From assembly GCA_951406725.2 (NCBI GenBank), contig OX597814.1, positions 214,582,001 to 214,646,000 of the forward strand: a stretch of 64,000 nucleotides of DNA, given 5' to 3'. Source of the stretch: Octopus vulgaris (Eukaryota). A model generated the notes under the pieces. The model saw only the letters and a program-made list of their open reading frames with translations. It ran no database searches and was not told the origin of the DNA. The position numbers and the translations under genes were made by a program. Shown in pieces: positions 39,215-52,420 of the stretch (within the stretch, counting starts at the first letter, position 1; the number at the start of each line of letters is the position of its first letter).

Positions 39215-39460
39215 AAAATAAATAATAAATGCACCCTTTTAAAGCCTAGCCAGGCTCATGGGCCCGGTTTCCCGGTTTCAATGGCGTATGTGTTCCCCAG
39301 CTGGATGCCATACTCATTTTTGCCAGCTGAGTGGACTGGAACAAAGTGAAATGAAGCGTCTTGCTCAAGAACACAAAACGTGTCACCCGGTCCAGGAATC
39401 GAAACCACAATCTTATGATCATGATGCTGATACCCTAACCACTAAGCCACACGCCTCCAC
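39215..39460 (-). mobile_element. SINE head C2 + tail beta
   Basis: 13 bp TSD atatcaatgtata/atctcaatgtata. Homologous to 55033-55293. Confidence 0.88.
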
Positions 39461-39637
39461 ATCTCAATGTATAGTATAGTATAAAAAGCATAACCAGTAA
39501 AACCAAGAAATCAAGAACTGCTTAACAAGTTCAACCCTACAAGATTGGAGAACAATCTAACACAAGAGCACTAGATAAAAAAGATTCACAGACAATAAGT
39601 AGATCAAACTTATATTTCTATCATCATTTGCTTAATG

Positions 39638-39890
39638 CAATGGTGCTCAATTTTTTACCTATAGACCCATTTGATTCCTATTTTACAGGGGTGGACCATC
39701 ATAGCCATTCAATGTTTAAAAAATCTCTTTATATATTTTTAGAACGAAATATCATTAGGAATTGCATAAGAAATTTAGATATTTGGTGTACTGAAGAATT
39801 ATAAGCAATTAATTTGTATGTAAACTTTAACAAAGTTAAACTTTATATGGATCCCCAAGGGTCATATGGCCCTTGGTTGAAAAACCACTG
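39638..39890. mobile_element. hAT-type MITE
   Basis: CAATGGTGCTCAA..GGTTGAAAAACCACTG with degenerate 8 bp TSD gcttaatg/gcatcatg. Confidence 0.7.
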
Positions 39891-40652
39891 GCATCATGGA
39901 TATCATTATGGTTTTGAAGTGAGAAAATATCAACAGTATGCAATTAAAAAAAAATTAAAGAATTCAGAAAGAACAAGAATTTGAAATTTACAATTGATTA
40001 TCTTACCTGATATCTATATGATTCACAAAAATATGATGACGACTGATGTCTAGTAGTAGACTCTTGGAACTTTGGTGCTTTGAAACGTGTCCTCACCACT
40101 TTAATCCAGTCAGTTAAATCAATAAGCCAATACATTTCAGCAAAATTATTTGACAATAGATAAAACTAAGTATCTTTGGGTTCCTTTAGCTCAGCTTTTT
40201 GAAATACATTCGTTAGTAAATTGAAATTTGTAGAATGCTTGGATATCTTTTAAATATTACCGAAAACAAATTGGTATCATTATTGTTTTGCTGTTGTCTT
40301 ATCCTTTTATAAATAGTTACTAAACATATTTTTTGCTTTTGGGATAGTTTACTTTAGGGAAAAACTGCATTTAGCTTGGAGATGGTAATGTAAGAATAGC
40401 ATGAAATTATATGTAGAAATAATTGCAGACAATTGAATGTTTTCATATGTAGTTTTCATTTTTGTGGTGATACTGCCAAGAAAATTAATAGGTCAAGTAC
40501 CTTACATGTAAGCAAATTTAATCCTTATGTCATATTCTAAATATCATATTTAATCCACTTAAAAAAAAAACTGTTTTGGTACTTCATAAGCCATTTTGAA
40601 AAATAATTATTTAATTACTAAAGGATGAAACTTGTGATATGAAGTTTTTCTC

Positions 40653-40742
<90 letters not shown>

Positions 40743-42684
40743 AGGTGGCAAAAAGTGTTTTAGAAAACAGACAACTCTAAGGTAAAAACATAAGCAGAAA
40801 TCAGATTGATAAATATTATAAATTCCATTTTTGCAGTTTTGCCTTTGAAGATAATGAGGTTTATTCCATTCAACTGGATGTTCAATAGCATTCTAACACT
40901 TGTTAGCAAAATGATTCATATATGTTTTCAGATTTTCTTGGAACCTCCTCTTCCTGACTTTGTTTGTGTTATGCATTTCCTTCCTTTGAAATTCATATAA
41001 ATATATAATATAAATAAATATATTCCTTTAACATCACTCCTTTAAGTGGCTTCTTCGAGCATCCTGAGTTTTCTGGTTTTAGCCAACATATCAACTGAAC
41101 ATTGTGCTTAGATGATCAAGGAGAAATGAAATTGAGATGTTAAGCCAAGTTGTGAACAAATAGTACTTCCTTTAAAGGCTAGCGGAAGATGGTTGCTTAT
41201 ATGCTATATATATTTACACTAATTGTTTGTTTGTTCCTGTAGAGCACCAAGTGAGATAGATTTACAATCTGAAACCAAGTAGTAATTAAAGATGATGATA
41301 TCGAATCATTAACTATTAGAAAGTGAAAAGAAGGAATTATGCGGATTTACTTTGATTTGAAGAAACAGATAAAAGTTTCCAACACCTGTGCAGTAGTTTT
41401 GAGAGAAATACTGATTTTTTTAAAGTTGCAACCACTTTCAATATAGGTCATATTTTTAACAAATATACTTGAAAACAAATTTTAAGAAATCATTTCTTCA
41501 CCATATTTATATTTGTATAACTTGTTAATAATCTGAATAGGTATGAAATAGTATCCTGACTCATGAAATACTATCATAACTAGTTCTCTTTATCTTTATT
41601 TTTAGTTAAAAATACTAAGTATAAAACCTTTATATATCCCTTTAAAATATCTTATATTACATATGAAAATTATGAAAACACATAACTAAGAGTGTTTAAA
41701 ACCATTTGACAACATTTATTTTCCAAACGGATATGACTTTCTTAATCTTAATCAACTTTCTTTTGGAATATTGTTGGGCAATTTCCTTTCTATTCTTAGT
41801 TTAGTGTAACTTATATAACAGGAGAATTTTCTCCATATAATCTTGATTTGATTATTGCAACTGAGCTCTCTCTCTTTGGTTGCCAAACAACCTGTCTTTC
41901 AGTTTCTTCTCTCTCTCCTTCTCATTCATATAAATTGTGAAGGTGTTGATTATTTTGATAAAACTAACTTTTATAAAATACAGTTTAAATAAAATGTTTC
42001 TAATGCTTATCTTAAAGTTAAAAAGACTATTATTTTAATATATTTGCTTTCATAAACTTGAAATTATGTTCAGGAATACATTCCTAATATTCCCTTGGTG
42101 CAACAATTCAAAGAATTAGACATTAAACCTTAAATTGAAAATCATACAGCTCCAAACAAAGGGTTGAAATATTGGGTTATTTTTTAGTTAATAAAAACTA
42201 GTTTCTAACCCAAACTTCACTTTAAAATATTTCCTTTAATTCGAATTTTCTGATTTTATTTTAGAGCATTATTCATCGCTAATAATGTTGTTAATGTAAT
42301 CCTTGCCATTATTAGTCAAACATTTAGTTTCTTTTTTATCTCTAAGAAGAAAGGAGGTAGAGTCCATGAACTTTTCCAGGGCTTTGAGATTGGTGGGAGG
42401 GAAAGAGGAAGGTGTCTCCAAATTGGAGACCTAGTGTGAATGTTTGCAACAGAGTGAATTCTGCTAAACACACTCAAGGACCAGGGAGTGGTGTCAAACT
42501 GGGTGACAATAGAAATAATTGATCACTTGATTGTGACTCACAGATTTGACATAATAGATCTGCTAGGATATAATATGATTTGGGGCCATGCCATACATTC
42601 TGTCAGAGTGTGCTTAGTGTTTAATTTTGTGATGTAGAGTATAGCACATGGAATCTATCACATTATAACTACTTAATAAATTAA

Positions 42685-42906
42685 CCCTTTCATTACCGTA
42701 TTAATTTTGAGATGCTCTGTGTTTCTTTCAATTAATTTTAAATACAACAAAGAATTTAGCAAAATAACTTAGTTATCATTAAGCTAGTGTTAGGAACATA
42801 AATTTCAACTAAGGTTTGGTGGAAGATTTTAATTCAAAACTTATGAAAACAAGACATTTGTATTACAGAGCCAGAGGCGGTTTCAGCCAGGTTGGTATCG
42901 AAAGGG
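42685..42906. mobile_element. piggyBac-type MITE
   Basis: TTAA|CCCTTTCATTAC..GTATCGAAAGGG|TTAA. Confidence 0.9.
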
Positions 42907-43279
42907 TTAACTGGGCTTCTGTCTCTACAAGAATAGGATGACAGATATACAATGCAAATCCACCTTTGTACTACCTATAAAAAAATGATCAGAAATGTTA
43001 TTTCCTACTCACTCTCACACTTCAAAATGTTAAGTTTCCTTGTAGGAAATAACTAAAGTTTTTGACCACACTTTGTATGTTACTCACACATTATGCTAAG
43101 AGTAAAATAAAAGCAAGGGAAGACTGAATACATTTTGAGTACAAACTGAACAATAGTCAGTTTAAGTTTGGAGATGGCAATCAAGAATAAAAAAATTACT
43201 AGAGTTAGGGACTGTGGAAAAACAAAAGACATGTGGGCCCTTAAACTTCATTCAACAAACATAACGAGCGACAGTTTCT

Positions 43280-43735
43280 TTAGTAGCATAGCTCTATTCA
43301 TGGACAAATCCTAAGAAAAATAATGTTCTTTACATTAGGAAGCATCTTGATTGTGATTTGCATGCTATCTTCTTCACAAAATCGTCTGTTCATAGGTTTT
43401 TCCAGTTTCTTAACTCTTAAATGGATATGTTTTTGCCAGACCACTCCATTGCAGCTTATAGAACAGGGATCTTTTTGAATGACATTCTATCAACTGTTTT
43501 ATCAAACAGGGTTTAATTAAATCTCTTACACTTTTCATGCTCTGCATTAACAATCTGCTTGCTGTATTTTCTAATCACACACACACTCCTATGCAGATGA
43601 GATCACTCTTCTTCCTTTATCAATAACTTAGAAGATACCTGAACATGTGTTACTTTTATAAGCAGATAACTTGAGAAATATCCTCCATTGGAACATAACA
43701 ACTTAGCCTCCTTCAAAAGTACTAAGACATGCACT
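43280..43735 (+). pseudogene. Decayed non-LTR reverse transcriptase (CR1/L2/Jockey-like)
   Basis: IKQGLIKSLTLFMLCINNLL / HSYADEITL matches PQGSxLSPTLFxxxINDL / YADD. Confidence 0.65.
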
Positions 43736-44411
43736 TTACATATCAAACAAATATTATAATATTATGCATTCTCTTTTATGAACAGTACGCAATTAAAGTC
43801 TTCACTAACTTTAAAATGCTAAACTTTGCATTCTGATGACCTTTCATGGTAAATATGCATCCATCTTTGTATACTATAGTCATATCTACATCTCAAAAAT
43901 TAGGTTTTTTTCCTCAGAATCAGAAAATATTTTACGGAGATGTACTTGCATAGTAAGTGACTTGATCTGAGATCGTGTGCTGGAACGAAAACAATTGTAG
44001 CATGGAAGGTGTTTATAAGCCATTTAAGAAACACACAAAAACCGTTAGATTCACTTCAACATTTAAATTTAATTTGTCAAAATATTTTCGTCGCTTTGAG
44101 ACCATGACCTGTTCACTAACAAAATTCCATGCTGCAAATATTTTACCTGTAGACAATTGCCAGCCATAAAAAAAGTGCAGCTTCTATTAAAGTACTGTTC
44201 ACACATTAGGGGACAGCACATTTACTATTGCAAACATTATAGATGACATCTAAAAATGGATCATATGATTGATTGGCAAGCTTGTTACCCTCTTTTGGTC
44301 ATTCTACAAGTTTTTTGTTCCTTTTACCAAGGAAGTTGCATCCTAAGTCTAACAAATGTACTTACCTCTTCACCTCTCATCAGCCTTATCATCAGTGATA
44401 CCTTAACTTCT

Positions 44412-44874
44412 TTGTGCCAGTGGCACATAAAAGGCACCATTCGAGTGTGATTGTTACCAGCGTTGCCTTACTGGCACTTGTGCCCCGTGCTAGTAGGGTG
44501 CTAAGAGCACCATCTAAGTGTGATCGTTGCCAGAGTGGCTAACTGGCTTCCGTGCCGGTGGCATGTAAAAGGCACCATTCAAGCGTGATCGTTACCAGCA
44601 TTGCCTTACTGGCACCTGTGCTGGTGGCATGTGTAAAAAGATTCGACTGAGGTCGTTGCCAGTTACTGCCTGACTGGCCCCCATGCCGGTGGCACGTAAA
44701 AGCACCCACTACACTCTCGGAGTGGTTGGCGTTAGGAAGGGCATCCAGCTGTAGAAACTCTACCAGATCAAGATTGGAGCCTGGTGCAGCCATCTGGTTA
44801 GCCAGCCCTCAGTCAAATCGTCCAACCCATGCTAGCATGGAAAGCGGATGTTAAATGATGATGATGATGATGAT
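44412..44874 (+). mobile_element. Retroposon family B with about 5 tandem internal units
   Basis: Repeated gtgccggtggcacgtaaaaggcaccattcgagcgtgatcgttaccagc units, then the common core and (GAT)n. Confidence 0.88.
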
Positions 44875-45449
44875 ATGACATAGTCACTGAGAACAGGAAA
44901 ATAGTCCTATCTATTTCTCCTTGCTGTTCAACTTTCTGATTCTACACTTACTTCTCCTTCCATCCTTGGGTTCTTTTTCTCTCACCCAAACCGCCACTTT
45001 TTGCTAACTATCTAATCTGTCCCCTTACTTAAATCAACCCTTCTATATCAGTTTTTTTTTCCTTCATTTCCTTATTCTCACATGAAAAACAAGAGTGATG
45101 AAACATTTATATTCAATCCTTCTCATGGCAAACAAACCTATTCTTCTTACCTTCCTATCAACTGATTGTTACTGAAGCTGACAATCCAGGAAGCAATTTG
45201 GAAATTATTACCATGGTAAACAATAATATGGTAAATAAAAATATAATATTTAAATACTTTAAAAAAATGTTAATTAAAAGAATAGAATTACTGATATGTA
45301 TTTATGTTTCCAAATAATTCATCATTACCAAAATTTATTTTAATTAAAATTTCAGCAATATTGGAAATTTGTGTATTAAATTATGAAATACTTTTATTGT
45401 TGAATATTTCCCTTCTTTTGATACTTTCATTAGTATTGAATATCTTTCC

Positions 45450-45700
45450 ATTTAAATATAAACATATATGGTTATTATTCCATGCATTTGATAACACATT
45501 GTTAACACTGTAAGAATGTTCTCTATTCCACTAATCCTCTTGCATACAAATAAAGTATTGAGTCTTTTTGGTGTCATGCCAATGAAAAATTGAAGCAGAT
45601 CAATGGTATATCAGAATAACTATTTGATAGTTATTTGAAAGAATTTGTGTGGAAACGGTACAATGGCACATTGGTACAGTGGTTGAACATTTGAAAACAT
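45450..45700 (+). pseudogene. Merlin (IS1595/IS1016-like) transposase C-terminal fossil
   Basis: HTN./IESFWCHANEKLKQINGISE*LFDSYLKEFVWKRYNG matches the TNxIExxWxxxK...GxS...xYLxEFxWR motif. Confidence 0.7.
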
Positions 45701-46559
45701 TCTCATTCCTGTATGTACACAATACATTCTCATTAAATGTTTATTTATATCATTGACTTGTTGTTCATAGATTAAAAATATAACTTATACTTTTTATAAT
45801 ATAAAACATTTTACATTTATTTCCATTGAATTGCTGTTCTCTGTATAAATTTGATTTCAGATATTTGAATTACTGATTGTTTATGTCTGCACTTCAGTAT
45901 AAATGTTTATATCTAAAAAAGGTAAATGTATTCAATAAAGAAGTTCTTCATAGAATGAAAGTATTTGATAATGAAAGTGTGAGATAATTTGCTAAACCAA
46001 TATCCACTACCATCAACATTATCGAAGTGTTGCTAATATCTTTTTTTTTTGCTGAATTTGAAATTTTTATACAGAACTGGTGACTAAAATTTTGGCAGCC
46101 CAATGAAATGGTTATTAAAATTTTGTGAGCTCACCATTGAGTGTAGGTATTTATAGATACTTGACATTATTGGTTGTAAAGCTGTGAATATGCACATAGG
46201 GTCACTTATATATATAATGTGGTGAAGACTTTGGTTTGATTTTCATCAAAAGCCGGAGATCTTATGAATATTAGATTCATAAAATATGTGTGATTCAGGG
46301 ACCATTTTAAGGTTTTGGGTATGAACATGTATGCTACGATATTCTTCAGGATGAAGGTGCATACTTAAAATTGAATTAAAAAATCTAAGTCATCAAAAGG
46401 ACACTTTACCCTGCACTGATGGCCCTCTTGACCCCTCTGGGATCCCCTTTCATTAATCTTGAATAGAGTTTTACCATATGCCTAATTCCTAGAATCCATT
46501 TCCATCACTGGGTGTATATATATGAGGGAACTCTCTCTCTCTCACTTTCTCTCTCTCCC

Positions 46560-46873
46560 ACACACAGACACACACATAACATGCGTGCAGACACACACAC
46601 AGACACAGACACAACATGCGTGCACACACACACACACACACAGACACAACATGCGTGCGCATACACACACACACTCACACACACACACAACATGCATCAC
46701 ACACAGAGACACAGACACAACATGCATGCACACACACACACACACACAGACACAACATGCATGTACACACACACACACACAGACACAGACACAACATGCG
46801 TGCACACACACACACACAGACACAGACACAACATGCATGCACACACACACACACACACAGACACAACATGCAT

Positions 46874-46967
<94 letters not shown>
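46560..46967. repeat. CA-based minisatellite (cagacacaacatgc units) grading into pure (CA)n
   Basis: Seen directly. Confidence 0.92.
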
Positions 46968-46970
<3 letters not shown>

Positions 46971-47539
46971 GGTAACTATCAATTAAATGCATAATTGTGT
47001 TTTATGTAATTAGTTTTCATTTAAGTGGCTTCTTGGTTTATTCCATGGCTGACACTCTGTAAACAGAGCTGCACAGAAGAAGAACGATAATGTCATGAAG
47101 TTTTGGAAAGATTTATTTCAATAAATATTTGTTAGATAATGACTGAATGCAGTATTTCTTATTGAAAGCTTAGAAGAAAACAGTTTGTTTTTTCAAATTT
47201 CTACAAAAGTATGCTCTGCTTTGTAGCTTTTAGATTTGAATGGTCCTGATATGAAAAATGTCAAAAATATGCTACTTTTCTATGAAATATGATGTTACTA
47301 AATACTGCAATTTATGAGAATGGCTGCCTCCTTTTCATTGCTGCATTTGCAACCATATCAATTAATAATCCAGAATAAATACAGGTACAGCTTATCACTT
47401 GTAATAATACCTCCAAAATTTAATCATAACTGACAAGTTAGGAAAACCAATCAAACAAGCATGTATTGCTGAATCTGGTTTCCTGGCAAATAAACTTCAT
47501 TTATTTTTAAGATAAATAAAAATATAAACATTTATAATA

Positions 47540-48010
47540 CCATAAATCCTCGAGTATAGTCCGCCCTTGAGTATAATACGCAGGGGATTTTTAGGGGGCT
47601 GTACCGCTGAAAAACCTAAACCTTGTGTATAATAAGCACTCCTTCTCTAACTTGAGTCAAGGAGGTCTATATAACATCCTTGGTTTGTAAAAATGTATAT
47701 GGTAACGTCCTTTATTATTATTGTATATATAACATAATGCAAACGTGTAGCTTTTTTGTGCATTTTGTTTGCAGAAAATAAAGAAATAACAGTAATAATG
47801 TTTAATAAATGTTGCTAAATGCAAATTATGGATGATTTTCATGCCCAACATCACAAAATGTGTCTGAATAAACATTGCCAGACAGCAAATAGAGACTCGG
47901 ACATTGCTTAGAAAATAATTTTCAATTTTAACCTCGTATATAGTATGCACTAGGGATTTTGACCTTTAAATTTTGGGAAAAAAGTGCGGATTATACTCAA
48001 GGATTTACAG
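47540..48010. mobile_element. Tc1/mariner superfamily (pogo/Tc2-like) MITE
   Basis: TA|CCATAAATCCTCGAGTATAGTCCGC...GCGGATTATACTCAAGGATTTACAG|TA. Confidence 0.85.
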
Positions 48011-48117
48011 TACTCTCATTAGAAAGTTACAAATTCTGCATTCAGGTAATTTGTACACATTTTCACCTGTGTTGATTGGGGTACACAGCTATGTGACTGA
48101 GTAACTCAATTCTGACT

Positions 48118-48327
48118 TTAATCCTTTAGCATTCAGATTACTTTCTCAGATGTGATAGTTATTTATTCACATTGTTTTGAATTAACCACATATTATCTCG
48201 TAGCATTGAGATTTCGATAATGTGATTGCATATTTTAAAATGACATTGTAGAGTCAGTGTGAGAGTCCAGATCTGGCCAGTAGAATATTCGGACTGGATA
48301 TGGCTGGTTTAAATGTTGAATGGTCAA
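48118..48327. mobile_element. Old TTAA/piggyBac-like MITE, second family
   Basis: ttaatcctttagcatt...aatgttgaatggtcaa degenerate TIRs. Confidence 0.5.
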
Positions 48328-48482
48328 GGAAAAGGGCTTCACAGTAACTAAGCAGCAGCAATTTTGGAAATGCAGTGAGGTGAGCAGTATTTCAAAGTTT
48401 TTTAAGGTTAATCTAGGAGTATTTGTACAATTCAATGAGTGCTTGTACCTTCATTTCATAAAGATTAAAGTATATACATCTG

Positions 48483-48817
48483 AGACCCCCTTCGGTCATG
48501 ACACAGACCATGGGATTGCACCTAGAAAGTTACCCCCTGAGGCTCAAGTCTGGGCAAGGTTGTTTATGGAAGACCAGCAGTCGCCCATGCATACCAGCCT
48601 CCCCTCTCCACGCCACCAGTGTTATCCAAGGGAAAGGCAAGGGCCGATACAGTTTGGCACCTGTGATGTTGCAACTCATTTCTACAGCTAAGTGAACTGG
48701 AACAATGTGAAATAAAGTGTCTTCCTCAAGAACACAACACGCAGCCCGGTCCAAGATTCGAGCTCACAACCTCACGATTGTAAGCTTGATGCTCTAACCA
48801 CTGAGCCATGTGCCTTC
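48483..48817 (-). mobile_element. SINE head C2 + tail delta
   Basis: Reverse complement of 28734-29070. Confidence 0.88.
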
Positions 48818-49548
48818 ACAAAGTATATACATACATTTCATTTATATACTTCATTAAGAATATACTCTTGTTTTGCAACAAACGAAAACCCCAAACACAA
48901 TAAAATGTCTATACCCCCAAAACAGACATAGTAAGAAGGATAATATTTACAGGATTCTGTTTTAGAACCTGGAATTCCTATATCCTGATTACAAATTTCC
49001 ATTTATGTGTATAATATTAGATATTTTGTATTTGTAACATTACCCAATAGAAGAAGCTAGGTTTCTTGGTTAAGCAAAATTAGAAAAATGCAATCTATTT
49101 TATCTTGTACAAATTTAATTTGCAAACAGGACAGTAATGAGTTTCAAGAATATTCTTTGAAGCTCAGACTCTGAGTCTACCAAGATATTATCTAAATTTG
49201 AAGAAGGGTATCGTCTTTCTTCGATGTCAACTGATTTTTTTATAGAAACAATTGATAAATAGTATTCTAATTTCTAATTACAATTATAATTTCTGAGTAT
49301 TAATTGCATCAATCTGGCCAGTTTGAAGGGATCTGTAATAGCTTTGAGTACTGTTTCTTTTGCTTGGTTTGAATATAAAACAATACAGTTTTTCAAATGG
49401 CCACAAAAGACCTACAAATCATCCTTAGAATAAGCAAATATATTTCATGTGGATCCCAGAAAGGAAAGAATAGCAGTAAAATAATCAATGTTTGGTATAC
49501 AGATTGTTGCAAAGAATATTGTTATTATGATTATCATATGTACATATA

Positions 49549-49601
<53 letters not shown>

Positions 49602-49690
49602 AATATTAGAGACAAAACCACTATTTTGCAAAACAAACAAGGAAAGACTTAATCAATACATAAAATTTTAATAAATAGTCAAAAAAACCG

Positions 49691-49733
49691 CCACTACAAT
49701 CGTTTCTTGTCTTGATCGACAATCTTCAGGTGG
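49691..49733 (-). ncRNA. Minimal type I hammerhead ribozyme (mirror copy)
   Basis: Exact reverse complement of 49779-49821. Confidence 0.8.
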
Positions 49734-49778
49734 ACTTCAATAAGTCAGTTTCAAATTTTGAAACTGACTTATTGAAGT

Positions 49779-49821
49779 CCACCTGAAGATTGTCGATCAA
49801 GACAAGAAACGATTGTAGTGG
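49779..49821 (+). ncRNA. Minimal type I hammerhead ribozyme, intact core
   Basis: ccac-CTGAAGA-ttgtc-gatcaa-gacaa-GAAAC-gatt-GTA-gtgg. Stem I ccac/gtgg, stem II 5 bp, 2 bp stem III, GUA cleavage site. Confidence 0.82.
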
Positions 49822-49997
49822 CGGTTTTTTTGACTATTTATTAAAATTTTATGTATTGATTAAGTCTTTCCTTGTTTGTTTTGCAAAATAGTGGTTTTGT
49901 CTCTAATAATATTTTATAATATTTTACTATAAAATTGGATTTAATCCTAAATCTGATTTTTTTCCCTGTAAATTTGGATTTATTCCCTAATATTTAT

Positions 49998-50031
<34 letters not shown>

Positions 50032-50036
<5 letters not shown>

Positions 50037-50129
50037 TAATCCAAATAAGAAAACAAAAACAAAAAAACAACAACGCAAGGACATGGAACAAATAAAGTAT
50101 TATTGGACGCTCAGGAAAGAAGGGAAGAA

Positions 50130-50131
<2 letters not shown>
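50032..50131 (-). mobile_element. Truncated copy of the 38670 pLTR family in (TA)n
   Basis: aaagttaatccaa..tattattggacgctcaggaaaga; ends just before the hammerhead. Confidence 0.75.
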
Positions 50132-50186
<55 letters not shown>

Positions 50187-50759
50187 AAACAAAAACAAAA
50201 TAGAAACAAAAAAACAATAAATGTAATGGCCAGAAAGAGTAGACTTGCATCAAAATTGCAATCTTGAAATTCGATACACATTCTCCCAAACAGCTGTCCC
50301 TCACATATCTGTTTGCAATCCAACCATGACTTGTATATGCCCACAACTACTCTCCATCAAGTTTCCTTTCTTCATACAGTCACTGTGTAGAATACACATT
50401 CTTTTTTCAGCTTCTAACCATTTTTTTTTTAAAGCACTAATCAAGAAACTTGATATCTTTTCTTCTTGATGAATCTTATCTAAATGAAATTTATACTATG
50501 CTATATACTGCAATATAGTATACCAGAGCACTATCCCATCATAATGTTTTGTTATCATTTTAGTTATATTCAATATTACATTGAGTTTTAAAGTTTAATT
50601 CTATCAAGTCCCTGTTACTTTTAATCTACTACTTAACATTTTTTCACAACAACATTTTTGCTTGAGCACATTTTATTTTTATAGTATCAATAATGCAATT
50701 TCTAATGTTTCCTCAACAAATATTTAATTTTAGGATAGAATTATAACAATTAATAATCT

Positions 50760-51198
50760 CATCGTCATCATCATCATCATGACCATCATTAAATGTCCTC
50801 CTTCCAAGCCGGCATGGGTTGGACGGTTTGACAGGCAGAAGCTTGCACCATATTCTATGTCTGACTGACTCCTGTGTCGGTGTCATCTAAAAAGCACTAT
50901 CTGAATGTGATCAATGCCAAAGCTGTCTGACTGGCTTCCATGCCAGTGGCATGTAAAAAGCACTATCCGAACATGATTGATGCCAGGCTTGCCTGACTGG
51001 CTCCTGTTCTGTAAAAAGCACCCACTACACTCTCAGAGTGGTTGGCATTAGGAAGGGCATCCAGCTGTAGAAACATTGCCAGATCAGATTGGAGCCTGGT
51101 GCAACCACTGGCTTTCCAGACCTCAGTCAAACTGTTCAACCCATGCCAGCATGGAAAACGGATGTTAAACGATGATGATGATGATGATGATGATGATG
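50760..51198. mobile_element. Two family B pieces head-to-head (minus tail 50760-50850; plus copy 50860-51198)
   Basis: (CAT)n on the left, (GAT)n on the right, tandem units between. Confidence 0.75.
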
Positions 51199-52024
51199 TT
51201 TTGGCATGGTTTCTTTTTATGGCCCTTTCTAACACCGGCCACTATGCAGAGTGGGCTGAGTGCTTTTTATGTGGCACCAGCACAGGTGAAGTCATATCTA
51301 TATGTATTTATAAATAGAAAATTACTCCTACTGTTTCTATGATGAAGAAAAACTTTGCGTACTTGCAAGAAAATTCATATTTCAAAATCAGTGGTTTGAT
51401 ATTATATTGACACAGTTAATATATCTGGTAATCTCTAATTGCCTCTCTTAATCCATTCATTTTACTAAATTTCTTTCTATAATGTTGCTCAAATTGTTTA
51501 CACCTCTTCTATTATCACAGTAAATGTGTGAACAAAAAGGAATGGATATTCTTTTTGAGAAAATAAATGTATCATTATAGTCATTATGATTTAGATAGAG
51601 ATTTCTCTGTTAAAACAAGAATCCAGACTACTTCTATTGTAGTATTAGTAGGTATACTATTTTGCTGAAGACTAGTCAGTGAATTGTAGCAACTCAATAT
51701 TTAAAACCATGCAGTACTTGAATTATTTTTAAAGGTTAAAGCATATGCTGTCCAGGTGAAAAACAGAAGGAGTTATAGAGGTTGAGGGTATGGTTGGTAA
51801 CACACACCCACACACATGATAAGCTTCTTTCAACTTTTGTCATCTACCAAATCCACTCTTGATGCTTTAATTAATCTGGGGCTACAGTAGAAAACATTTA
51901 CTTAAGATGCTACACAGTGGGACTGAACCCCAAATCATCTACCTATGGATAGATATTGAATGAAAGGAATTTTAGGCCAAAACAAATGGATTAATGACTA
52001 CAAGTTTATTTTACAAGTCATACA

Positions 52025-52409
52025 AGTGTAAAAAGATTCGAGCAAGGTCATTGCCAGTACCGCCTGAGTGGCCCCCATGCTAGTGGCACGTAAAAGGGCA
52101 CCATTTGAGAGTGATCGTTACCAACCTCACCTTACTGGCACCTGTGTCGGTGACATGTGTAAAAAGATTTGAGCGAGGTCATTGCCAATACTGCCTGACT
52201 GGCTCCCGTGCCAGTGGAACGTAAAAAGCACCTACTACACTCTTGGAGTGGTTGGCGTTAGGAAGGGCATCCAGCTGTAGAAACTCTGCCAGATCAAGAT
52301 TGGAGCCTGGTGCAGCCATCTGGTTTGCCAGCCCTCAGTCAAAATCGTCCAACCCATGCTAGCATGGAAAGCGGACGTTAAACGATGATGATGATGATAA
52401 TGATGATGA
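52025..52409 (+). mobile_element. Retroposon family B
   Basis: Three tandem units, then the core and (GAT)n. Confidence 0.88.
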
Positions 52410-52420
52410 TACAAATATGA

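Larger units (their letters stand above)
49604..50000. mobile_element. Penelope-type pLTR with inverted partial copy (perfect 305 bp palindrome) between (TA)n arrays
   Basis: 152 bp arms around T49756. The right arm continues about 90 bp further to (TA)n. Each arm has a hammerhead motif. Confidence 0.8.

Noticed and set aside
44070-44125. Minus-strand ttgttagtgaacaggtc..gcgacGAAAatattttgacaa hammerhead-like layout
   Set aside because: No CUGANGA box. May be a distant pLTR relic but is unsupported here.
44148-44248. Minus-strand segment bounded by ttttAG and GTAAAA
   Set aside because: Stop codons in all three frames.
44412-44700. Regularly spaced short repeats resembling a CRISPR array
   Set aside because: The spacers are homologous to each other, the context is a eukaryotic retroposon and there are no cas genes.
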